Part shown: piece by piece, positions 40,284 to 47,805 of the stretch
Layout: each line of letters begins with the position of its first letter
Numbering within the stretch: position 1 is the stretch's first letter
Assembly: GCA_964563105.1 (NCBI GenBank)
Contig: CAZLXM010000007.1
Coordinates: 253-64,252, forward strand
Direction: 5' to 3'
From: an uncultured Bacteroidaceae bacterium
Lineage (GTDB): Bacteria > Bacteroidota > Bacteroidia > Bacteroidales > GCA-2748055
Length of the DNA stretch: 64,000 nt
Position numbers and translations under genes: made by a program
The notes under the pieces: generated by a model
Databases searched by the model: none
What the model was told of the DNA's origin: nothing
What the model saw: the letters and a program-made list of their open reading frames with translations, nothing else

Positions 40284-40340
40284 AGTTTATAATTTTTGTT
40301 AGAACTTTTATTAGAATGTTTTAGTCATTTCTTTTTAAAC

Positions 40341-40380
40341 TTAATTCTGCTATAATATTCTTAATTCTGCTATAATATTC
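40341..40380. repeat. Perfect 20-bp tandem duplication (ttaattctgctataatattc x2)
   Basis: Read directly: 40341-40360 is identical to 40361-40380. It lies ~60-100 nt upstream of the start at 40283 of the minus-strand operon. Confidence 0.9.
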
Positions 40381-40543
40381 AAATGATTTTGACAAAAAGG
40401 GCCCATTTAAAAGTTGACAGGCTGTCTAAGTTATTTATGGTCATTTAAAATATTTAATATTTGTGATAGTCTAAAAATATAAAAAAGCAGCAAATATTTA
40501 TAGTACTTTTTCGAAAATTTAGAATTTGATTATTCCTGATCTT

Positions 40544-41101
40544 TCATTTTGTTTTTATGGTATAACTATTGGAAGAAAGTATTAATTTTTTGACTGCATT
40601 TTTGTCTTTACAATCTGTCAATAATTGTGTTATGCTTTTATTTAATACAGGGTGGATAAAATCAGCGGCTATTTCTTTGAGAGGAATAAGTACAAACTTA
40701 CGGAAATGTAATAAAGGATGAGGAATAATAAGACCATTAATATCTATAATACGGTTTTCAAAAAATAAAATATCTATATCCAAAATCCTGTCATTATATT
40801 GATACTGATCCCTGATTTTTCCTGTCTCATTTTCAATTTCCCTGATCTTTGACATCAGATCCAAAGGCGATAAACAGGATTTGATTTGAAGGGCCTGATT
40901 ATAAAAATAAGTATTGGTTTTAAAGCCCCAGGGTTCTGTTTCATAGATATGCGAATAAAATATAATATCTCCTAATCTCTCTGATATTTTTATTTGTGCA
41001 TATTTTAAATTTTGTAAACGATCTCCAATATTAGTTCCGGTAAGCAGAAAGACATTGGCAGGAATATTATTGCCATTAACTATAACTTGCGGATTAGACA
41101 T
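40544..41101 (-). CDS. folK: 2-amino-4-hydroxy-6-hydroxymethyldihydropteridine diphosphokinase
   Basis: HPPK motifs LLTGTNIGDR, IYETEPWG, RILDIDILFF and IPHPLLHFRKFVL. Confidence 0.85.
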   Translation of the reverse strand: MSNPQVIVNGNNIPANVFLLTGTNIGDRLQNLKYAQIKISERLGDIIFYSHIYETEPWGFKTNTYFYNQALQIKSCLSPLDLMSKIREIENETGKIRDQYQYNDRILDIDILFFENRIIDINGLIIPHPLLHFRKFVLIPLKEIAADFIHPVLNKSITQLLTDCKDKNAVKKLILSSNSYTIKTK

Positions 41102-41430
41102 ATTTTTTATTTGGTTTGATTTTTTATTGAATTTCCTGTTTTATTCGATATTTAAATAATCAGGTTTAATTTGGACTTATACTGTTTTATAATAAAATGA
41201 ATTTAATAACATGATTTTGTAGTTCCTCATTTCTTTGATCACTGATATTATTTATATAACAATTATAGCAAGTATAATTTTTAAATGTTCAAAATTACTT
41301 TTTTTTTGATGTATGTTATTAGATATATTTTGCGATTTCTGCTTCATTTTTCTGTTCAGCCTAAAATTCATAACTTCTATTTGCATTAAAAATTTGCGCT
41401 TCTCCGATTTGATCATTAACCAGATTAAAA

Positions 41431-41438
41431 TAATTTTG
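41431..41438 (+). promoter_or_regulatory. Bacteroidota -7 promoter box (TAnnTTTG) upstream of sugE
   Basis: taattttg lies 29 nt before the ATG at 41467. Confidence 0.4.
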
Positions 41439-41466
41439 TAGCCTTATAATAAAGAAAAAAGAAAGT

Positions 41467-41793
41467 ATGAGCTGGATCATAATAATTATTGCAGGCTTAT
41501 TTGAAGTTGCGTTTGCTTTTTGTTTAGGGAAGGCTAAACTTACTACAGGGTATGAAATGTATTTATGGTATACAGGATTTATTATTACCCTGAGTATAAG
41601 TATGGCTCTTTTAATTAAGGCCACCCAAACCTTACCTATAGGTACCGCCTATGCTGTATGGACAGGAATTGGCGCAGCCGGCACGGTATTAACAGGTATT
41701 TTTGTTTTTAAAGAGCCGGCAAGTTTTTCACGGATAATTTTACTTACAACTTTGATATTTTCTATAATAGGGCTAAAAATAGTGTCAGATTAA
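41467..41793 (+). CDS. sugE: SMR-family small multidrug/guanidinium exporter (SugE/Gdx-type)
   Basis: 108 aa with 4 TM segments. It has the conserved N-terminus MSWIIIIIAGLFEVAFAF, including the membrane Glu. Confidence 0.85.
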   Translation: MSWIIIIIAGLFEVAFAFCLGKAKLTTGYEMYLWYTGFIITLSISMALLIKATQTLPIGTAYAVWTGIGAAGTVLTGIFVFKEPASFSRIILLTTLIFSIIGLKIVSD

Positions 41794-41972
41794 AATTAAA
41801 AGAATTGTTTTTAATAAAAAGTAAAATTACAGATACGCTATTATAATAAATTATACTAATAAATGCCGTGTATGCTTAAGATATGGTTACTCCGGGAAAT
41901 TATAAGGAATGGTATTAAAATATCTTTTTAATTGAAAATTGCAGAGCGCTGAAAATTTAATTTCCACACAAG

Positions 41973-42059
41973 CGGTGAGGGAGGGATTCGAACCCTCGGT
42001 ACCCTTGCAGGTACGACAGTTTAGCAAACTGTTGGTTTAAGCCACTCACCCACCTCACC
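41973..42059 (-). tRNA. tRNA-Ser (anticodon GCT)
   Basis: The reverse complement folds by hand. Acceptor GGTGAGG/CCTCACC, anticodon stem ACAGT/ACTGT with loop TTGCTAA, long variable arm CGTACCTGCAAGGGTACC, T-arm GAGGG-TTCGAAT-CCCTC and discriminator G. No CCA is encoded. Confidence 0.9.
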
Positions 42060-42190
42060 AAAATAAAATTCTTTAAATGTGAAAATTAATTCTAACAGAA
42101 AGTATCAATTTAATTTTCTTGTACGGCAAAAATAAAGAAATGAAATGTACTTGCAAAATTTTAAAAAAATTAAAAATTATTTTAGAAGGA

Positions 42191-42643
42191 TTATTTCGAA
42201 ATATATGACATTATTCCAATAGCTTCTCCTTGTTTTCCATTCTTAAAGTTTATCAGAATGTTATATATACCGGATTTTTGACAGGAGAAATTAATTGATC
42301 TATATTCTTTACCGGTATCCGGATAATAAGTACTTGCCAATAAGGTAGTTTCATCATATAGCCGAAGTACAGCTTCTCCTTCTGATTTTTCCATATTACA
42401 GATAGAAAATCTGTAGGTTACATTTTTACGTAAAACGAGGGCAGTTTTGAATACTGCCGGACGTTCGTCTGGCTTGGTAGCATTTAGTTTAATTACAAAA
42501 TCCTTTAGATAAATTGCATCAGGACCTGCACTCATAGCACATTGTTGTATACTTTTTTGAATATCCTGACTAATTAATGATACAGGAAGAAAAATACTGG
42601 CTGATAAAACTAAGAATATGAAATATATGAATTTTTTTTTCAC
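42191..42643 (-). CDS. Small secreted hypothetical protein
   Basis: Signal peptide MKKKFIYFIFLVLSASIFLP followed by a beta-rich sequence. I recognised no family. Confidence 0.4.
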   Translation of the reverse strand: MKKKFIYFIFLVLSASIFLPVSLISQDIQKSIQQCAMSAGPDAIYLKDFVIKLNATKPDERPAVFKTALVLRKNVTYRFSICNMEKSEGEAVLRLYDETTLLASTYYPDTGKEYRSINFSCQKSGIYNILINFKNGKQGEAIGIMSYISK

Positions 42644-42839
42644 ACGAATAAAATTTAGTTATTTGGTGTTAATTAATCTGTATTGACGGAATTTTTAAAT
42701 TAATTTTTTTTAAGGAATGTGATCATTTTTAGTTTAAAGTTCAGCTACACTTTTTGATACACTATTTTTAATTTAGTATTTGTACAAAAATAATTTAAAT
42801 AAGTTGTTGTAGTTCAAAATTATATAAGATTTTTAAATA

Positions 42840-43739
42840 TCAAATGGTAATCAGTTCATTTCTAATTTTAATAATTTTATGAATAATGTTATCTAAAACT
42901 TCATCTGAAACATCAACAATACTATTTTCCTGTTGAACTATCATTAACATACCATCCTGTTCCACGGCTTTTGGCTCATTAATTTCAAAAGAAATTTTAA
43001 CATTATCAAATTCATTTTTAATTTCTTCAAATTGTTTGATAAGATTTACAAATTGTTCATCATTTTGATAGTTGCGAAGTATGAGAAGCAGATTATTTAG
43101 CACGGTTTTCTGCTCACCTATATATTCTTTTAATAGTTCATCACGTGTTTCCTTAACGACCTCTGACGCGAGATACATTCCTTCAATCCATACACCGCTT
43201 ATCATTAATGCGCTTAAATTACTTCTGTCAGTGAGCCGGAGATGATCATCCATCCTGTTAAAACTATTAACGGAAAGAAATATCAAAGAATCAATGCCTG
43301 AATTTCCTGTAGCAAGTCTTTTTAGTGTCGTAAAATCAAAAAAACGGCTTACTTTTAAGCCATCAGCCAGTTTATTTATAGCTGTAAGATAACTGATTGA
43401 TGATCCGGTTTTTTCATTTACATTCAGATAACCGAGATCGGCACCTAAAATACCTAGTTTTAGGGCCATTGTAAAGCTGGTTGAGTAAGAGTCTTCTACA
43501 TTTATCTTAGATAAATAATTCGGAGAAAAAGGGAATCCGAGATCTTTTATGAGTGCTGCCATCTCTATGGGGGAAGAGATATTTTGAGTTATTTCTTCCA
43601 TTGCCTGTGCTGATATTTTCAAATCTCCTTTGTTCATTTCTGAACCCGGAACAGTAAGGTCTTCCCGAAGGCGGTTTTTACAGGAAGAAAATACCGATAT
43701 AGCAAATATAAAGATTAAAAGCTTCTGTAACATATGCAT
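42840..43739 (-). CDS. Helical hypothetical lipoprotein, last gene of the signalling/ABC cluster
   Basis: Lipobox VFSSC. It starts 25 nt after the ABC gene stop. I recognised no family. Confidence 0.5.
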   Translation of the reverse strand: MHMLQKLLIFIFAISVFSSCKNRLREDLTVPGSEMNKGDLKISAQAMEEITQNISSPIEMAALIKDLGFPFSPNYLSKINVEDSYSTSFTMALKLGILGADLGYLNVNEKTGSSISYLTAINKLADGLKVSRFFDFTTLKRLATGNSGIDSLIFLSVNSFNRMDDHLRLTDRSNLSALMISGVWIEGMYLASEVVKETRDELLKEYIGEQKTVLNNLLLILRNYQNDEQFVNLIKQFEEIKNEFDNVKISFEINEPKAVEQDGMLMIVQQENSIVDVSDEVLDNIIHKIIKIRNELITI

Positions 43740-43764
43740 AATAATTATTATATAAAAAACATAA

Positions 43765-46700
43765 TCAGATTCGTCTGCTTACCAGTTTTTTAAGCCACTC
43801 ATAATAAAGGGCTAAATAAATTAAAAGATTTAGTATCCATATTATACTGATATTAAACCAAAACGTTTCAAAATAACGTCCGGCAAAATGTTTTTTCGGG
43901 GCAAAAAAGTGAGAACGAAAATCCAGATATGATCCCGGAATTGGATCAAGGAATATAGGATCGGATTGCCTCACAAGTGAATGCCTATATTCTACTATTT
44001 TATTTTTTTCATAGATTTTTTTAACATGATCTGAAACACTTTCATTATGATATTTATCCAGCATATTGAAATATAAATCCTTCCTGTTTTTCATCAGATA
44101 GCGGATCCGATTTGTTTTTTCCCGTTCAAACTTTGTAAAAATTTGTTGATAATGATTCTTTAATTGGGAAATATAAAATTCGAATGAATAAAATATAGCA
44201 GAACTAATATTTTCGGTAGTTGACTTATTATACTCCGGATCTGTATAAATACCGGTTACTTTTTCCTGTTTTCTTATTTCATTATTTAACAAAACAAAAT
44301 CTGATGCAGAATACGTAATCTTCCCATTATCCCTGAAATCTTCAAAACATTTATTTAATCTTGTTTCTAATTCAGGAATATAATATGAAAGATGAAAATC
44401 AGAATTAGTAATTTGTTTGTCAGTATTATAAAAATGCTTTTGAAATGAGTTGTCTTTAAATTGTTTAACCATCAGAGCCTCGTATGACCACTTGGTCGGC
44501 ATAATTTCAGCCAGAAAAGGGACTTTGTCAATTCTGCTTATATTTCTGTTCAATTTATCAAAGCTAAACATCGCACCGCTCAAAACCATCATAGGAATGA
44601 TTATCAAAGGGATAATTATATAAATAGTAACAGCGGAATTAAAAGATGCGGAAATATTCAGGCCTATCAGGTTCGCACATACTGCTGTTGTAAAAAATGC
44701 AAACCAATAGTGAAAGTACATTTCACGAAGATCAATAATATAGTGGGCGACTAAAATAAAACTGGCCGCCTGGATTGCTGAAATAAGTGTAAGTATCCCT
44801 ATTTTGGATATTAAATATGCTGACCAGCTGAGATGAAGGAATTTTTCTCTTTTCAATATTTTCCTGTCTCTGAATATCTCTTCGGCACTTACTGTTAATC
44901 CGAGAAAGAGGGAAACGATAAGAGACATAAATATATAAATCGGTATATTCTCATTTTCCCTGAATATATAATGTTTGGAAGAAGGATCAGCGATATACCG
45001 GATAATATAGGAGAGAATGAATGCTAATATGGGAGCTTCAAGAAGTGTAAGGGCCAAATATTGCTTATTACTGATTTTTGAAAGAAAATCTCTCACAGAA
45101 AAAATTCGGATTTGCTTAAACCAATCTGGTATTGATAGTGTTTTTGGAGGCTTTTCATCGATACATATAAATTCAGGCCCTTTTTTCGAATTTTTAAAAT
45201 ATTCCTGCCATTTTTCGGGGCTTACTTTACGGGAAGAAGTATAATTTCCATATTCATCCACAATTCTTGCTTCGATTATATTAAATATAAGTTCGGGATT
45301 TACATTCCCGCATGTCGGGCATTCTCCAATTTCAGCATTTATTTGGGCATCAAGATACTTAAAATACATAACCGCTTCAACCGGGTTCCCGGAATATACA
45401 AGATGTCCGCCTGAATCCAGGATAATTATACTGTCGAACATTTTAAATATTTCGGAGGATGGCTGATGGATAACAACAAAAATCAGTTTTCCTTTTAATG
45501 TTAATTCTTTCAGTAAATCCATAACATTGTCGGAATCACGTGAAGATAAGCCTGAAGTAGGTTCATCCACAAATAATATGGATGGTTCTCTAATCAATTC
45601 CAAAGCTATATTTAATCTTTTCCTTTGTCCTCCGCTAATTGTTTTATTGAAAAGATCCCCAACTTTCAGGTCTTTTTTATCTTCAATTCCCAGATTTCGT
45701 AATACTAATTCTGTTTTTTTGATAATCTGTTCTTCTGTCAGGTCCTTGAAACATAGCTTAACGTTGTAATAAAGATTTTCAAATACTGTCAGGGTTTCTA
45801 TAAGCATGTCATCCTGAGGGATATACCCAATTACTCCTTTTAAGTCATCTTTGTTTTCATGCAGCTTGATGCCATTTATTTTAACCTCACCTGAAGAGGG
45901 TTTAAATATACCGGTAAGAACATTGAGAAGTGTTGTTTTGCCCGATCCGCTTGCCCCAAGTATCCCTATAAGATTCCCCTGTTGAGCCGAAAAAGAGATT
46001 TCTCTTAATCCCTTATATCCATTTTTAAAGCGATATTCAAGATTTTTAACATTGAACGAAATACGTGTTTTTACCTGTTCCGACAGGAAATAGGAAGCTA
46101 TATCACTATAATATATAATTTTCCCTTTAGGTAATTTAAGGGCACTTCCCCTTGGGATGTGAGATATATTATTTTTATGTAAAATAAGTCCATTTAGAAA
46201 AATATCTTCATTTCCCGAATATTTTACGAAATACATATTTACATTTGGGACACAAAGAACTTTTAAACCCTGATCTGCTATTCCGGTATCAAATTCTCTA
46301 AATAAAATACCTCTCTCATTGATAACCAAAATATTTGGATTTGAACTGTTTTTTGTTTTTTTCGGAAATATAAATGTTTCGATACTATTTTTTATGCTTT
46401 CCGGTATTCGGAAAACCTCTGAAACTGTTTCAATGATTGCAAGCCTTTGGGTTGTGAGCTTCATTGAAGCCAATAAAAGTTCATAAAGACGGATGCATAC
46501 AACTATTTTCTGACTCTGGTTTAAAGTTTTATTTATTCTTTTACAAATCCCCAGTATCTTTACACTATCCAAAACGGAAGTTAGTTTAGGATTAACTGCA
46601 TTTACACCCGGTTTAGGGTTAATTAAAGGCTCAGGTCCGGAAATTTCAAGGAATAAGGTATAATATTTCTCAAAACCCTTATCACCTAATTGCTGTAATA

Positions 46701-46803
46701 AAAAATTTTTTACATATTCTTTTTCTCCCTTCTCAACTCCTCCATCTTGTTTAGTGAGAATTGCAAAAAGCTGCATCAATGCCTTTAGAATCTCCTCGCT
46801 CAT
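43765..46803 (-). CDS. ABC transporter fusion protein: N-terminal regulatory region, ATPase, ABC-2-type permease and an extra C-terminal domain with a terminal TM
   Basis: Walker A GASGSGKTTLLNVLTG, signature ISGGQRKRLNIALEL and Walker B ILFVDEPTSGLS. About 6 TM segments span roughly residues 580-750. A ~240-aa hydrophilic region follows, then a final TM FWFNISIIWILNLLIYLALYY. About 260 aa precede the ATPase. Confidence 0.8.
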   Translation of the reverse strand: MSEEILKALMQLFAILTKQDGGVEKGEKEYVKNFLLQQLGDKGFEKYYTLFLEISGPEPLINPKPGVNAVNPKLTSVLDSVKILGICKRINKTLNQSQKIVVCIRLYELLLASMKLTTQRLAIIETVSEVFRIPESIKNSIETFIFPKKTKNSSNPNILVINERGILFREFDTGIADQGLKVLCVPNVNMYFVKYSGNEDIFLNGLILHKNNISHIPRGSALKLPKGKIIYYSDIASYFLSEQVKTRISFNVKNLEYRFKNGYKGLREISFSAQQGNLIGILGASGSGKTTLLNVLTGIFKPSSGEVKINGIKLHENKDDLKGVIGYIPQDDMLIETLTVFENLYYNVKLCFKDLTEEQIIKKTELVLRNLGIEDKKDLKVGDLFNKTISGGQRKRLNIALELIREPSILFVDEPTSGLSSRDSDNVMDLLKELTLKGKLIFVVIHQPSSEIFKMFDSIIILDSGGHLVYSGNPVEAVMYFKYLDAQINAEIGECPTCGNVNPELIFNIIEARIVDEYGNYTSSRKVSPEKWQEYFKNSKKGPEFICIDEKPPKTLSIPDWFKQIRIFSVRDFLSKISNKQYLALTLLEAPILAFILSYIIRYIADPSSKHYIFRENENIPIYIFMSLIVSLFLGLTVSAEEIFRDRKILKREKFLHLSWSAYLISKIGILTLISAIQAASFILVAHYIIDLREMYFHYWFAFFTTAVCANLIGLNISASFNSAVTIYIIIPLIIIPMMVLSGAMFSFDKLNRNISRIDKVPFLAEIMPTKWSYEALMVKQFKDNSFQKHFYNTDKQITNSDFHLSYYIPELETRLNKCFEDFRDNGKITYSASDFVLLNNEIRKQEKVTGIYTDPEYNKSTTENISSAIFYSFEFYISQLKNHYQQIFTKFEREKTNRIRYLMKNRKDLYFNMLDKYHNESVSDHVKKIYEKNKIVEYRHSLVRQSDPIFLDPIPGSYLDFRSHFFAPKKHFAGRYFETFWFNISIIWILNLLIYLALYYEWLKKLVSRRI

Positions 46804-46818
46804 TATTATAAGTAATTT

Positions 46819-47193
46819 CTAATATTTAATAAATTCAAAAGGCACATCAGTCATTTCGCTGTATTCTTCTCCGGCTTCTTTCATATCCTCATCATAATCG
46901 GGATAGTACCATTTAACTAATATACCTGCACCTTTTTTAATAATATCTTCAAGGATTAAAAGAATATCCAGGATCTTTTTTGATGAAGCTGTGTTAAAAT
47001 AACTGAATTTAAAAGCCAGGGTTGTTTTTTTAAGAGGATCTGTTGAATATTGTTTTAGCCATTTAAGTACTGGCTCATAAAAAGTATTAACATCTTCGGG
47101 CAAAGATTTTCCTTCGATCTTAAACAAACAATTATCTTTGTCCAGGATTATTTCAGGATTATCATCACTTGCTTTAATAATTAACTTGTCCAT
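46819..47193 (-). CDS. SiaC-like (DUF1987) regulatory phosphoprotein
   Basis: At 124 aa it matches the DUF1987 pattern: ...PEIILDKDNCLFKIEGKSLPEDVNTFYEPVLKWL...FKFSYFNTASSKKILDIL...WYYPDYDEDMKEAGEE. Confidence 0.8.
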   Translation of the reverse strand: MDKLIIKASDDNPEIILDKDNCLFKIEGKSLPEDVNTFYEPVLKWLKQYSTDPLKKTTLAFKFSYFNTASSKKILDILLILEDIIKKGAGILVKWYYPDYDEDMKEAGEEYSEMTDVPFEFIKY

Positions 47194-47194
47194 T

Positions 47195-47776
47195 TTATTT
47201 TATATTTCTTGGAATTGCTGAAGTAAAAAGGAAAAAGGAGATGTTATCAGAAAGTGGAAGAAATTGATATTCAAGTTTTCCTCCGGTCTTTCTTTTTATA
47301 TCAATAAATCCTAATCCTGCTCCGCCTTTTTTTGATATTCTGCCTTCTTTCAATTGTTTCTTATATAATTCGTTTAACTCATCTTTTTCAAGCGAATTAA
47401 TTTTTTCGATAAATTTGCGAAGTGGATTTACTCTTGAATTATTTATTAGATTTCCTGTAACAACATGGTATTCTGATTTATTTACACTAATCATTAATAG
47501 GCCTTTATGAATATTTCCTGATGCAGATATTGAAGGTATTAAAGCATGCTTTGTTATATTTTGCAGACATTCAATCATAACATGATATACTTTTTTCTGT
47601 ACGATTTCAGATTCATCTTCCCTCGAAAGTTTATCTTCTGTTACTGAAGAAAATGTTTTAATTAACTGATGATTAATATCTCCTTCATATGCCATTGTGA
47701 TTTCATATTCTTTCATCCCGTTATATAAGTCATATAAAAACTTCAGGAAATTGCAGCAATTTTTATTTGAATTCAT
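47195..47776 (-). CDS. SiaB-like protein kinase (GHKL/anti-sigma-kinase-like ATPase fold)
   Basis: Pattern YEITMAYEGDINHQLI...VYHVMIECLQNITKHA...KKGGAGLGFIDIKRKTGGKLEYQF. It ends 1 nt upstream of the siaC-like gene. Confidence 0.75.
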   Translation of the reverse strand: MNSNKNCCNFLKFLYDLYNGMKEYEITMAYEGDINHQLIKTFSSVTEDKLSREDESEIVQKKVYHVMIECLQNITKHALIPSISASGNIHKGLLMISVNKSEYHVVTGNLINNSRVNPLRKFIEKINSLEKDELNELYKKQLKEGRISKKGGAGLGFIDIKRKTGGKLEYQFLPLSDNISFFLFTSAIPRNIK

Positions 47777-47805
47777 TTATTTTATAATTAAATCTGCAAC
47801 AAATA

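Noticed and set aside
40284-40543. Checked whether the 20-bp repeat marks a CRISPR array or IS end.
   Set aside because: There are only two directly abutting units with no spacers. There are no cas genes, no inverted-repeat partner and no transposase nearby.
41102-41466. Looked for a guanidine riboswitch (ykkC, mini-ykkC/ACGR loops, guanidine-III) upstream of the SugE/Gdx-type gene.
   Set aside because: A TAnnTTTG box at 41431-41438 leaves only ~20-30 nt of leader. I saw no paired ACGR hairpins or conserved GGGA-type core in the upstream 360 nt.
41361-41624. 87-aa minus-strand ORF overlapping the start of sugE.
   Set aside because: It overlaps a well-supported SMR transporter gene on the opposite strand and has no motif support. 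It is most likely spurious.
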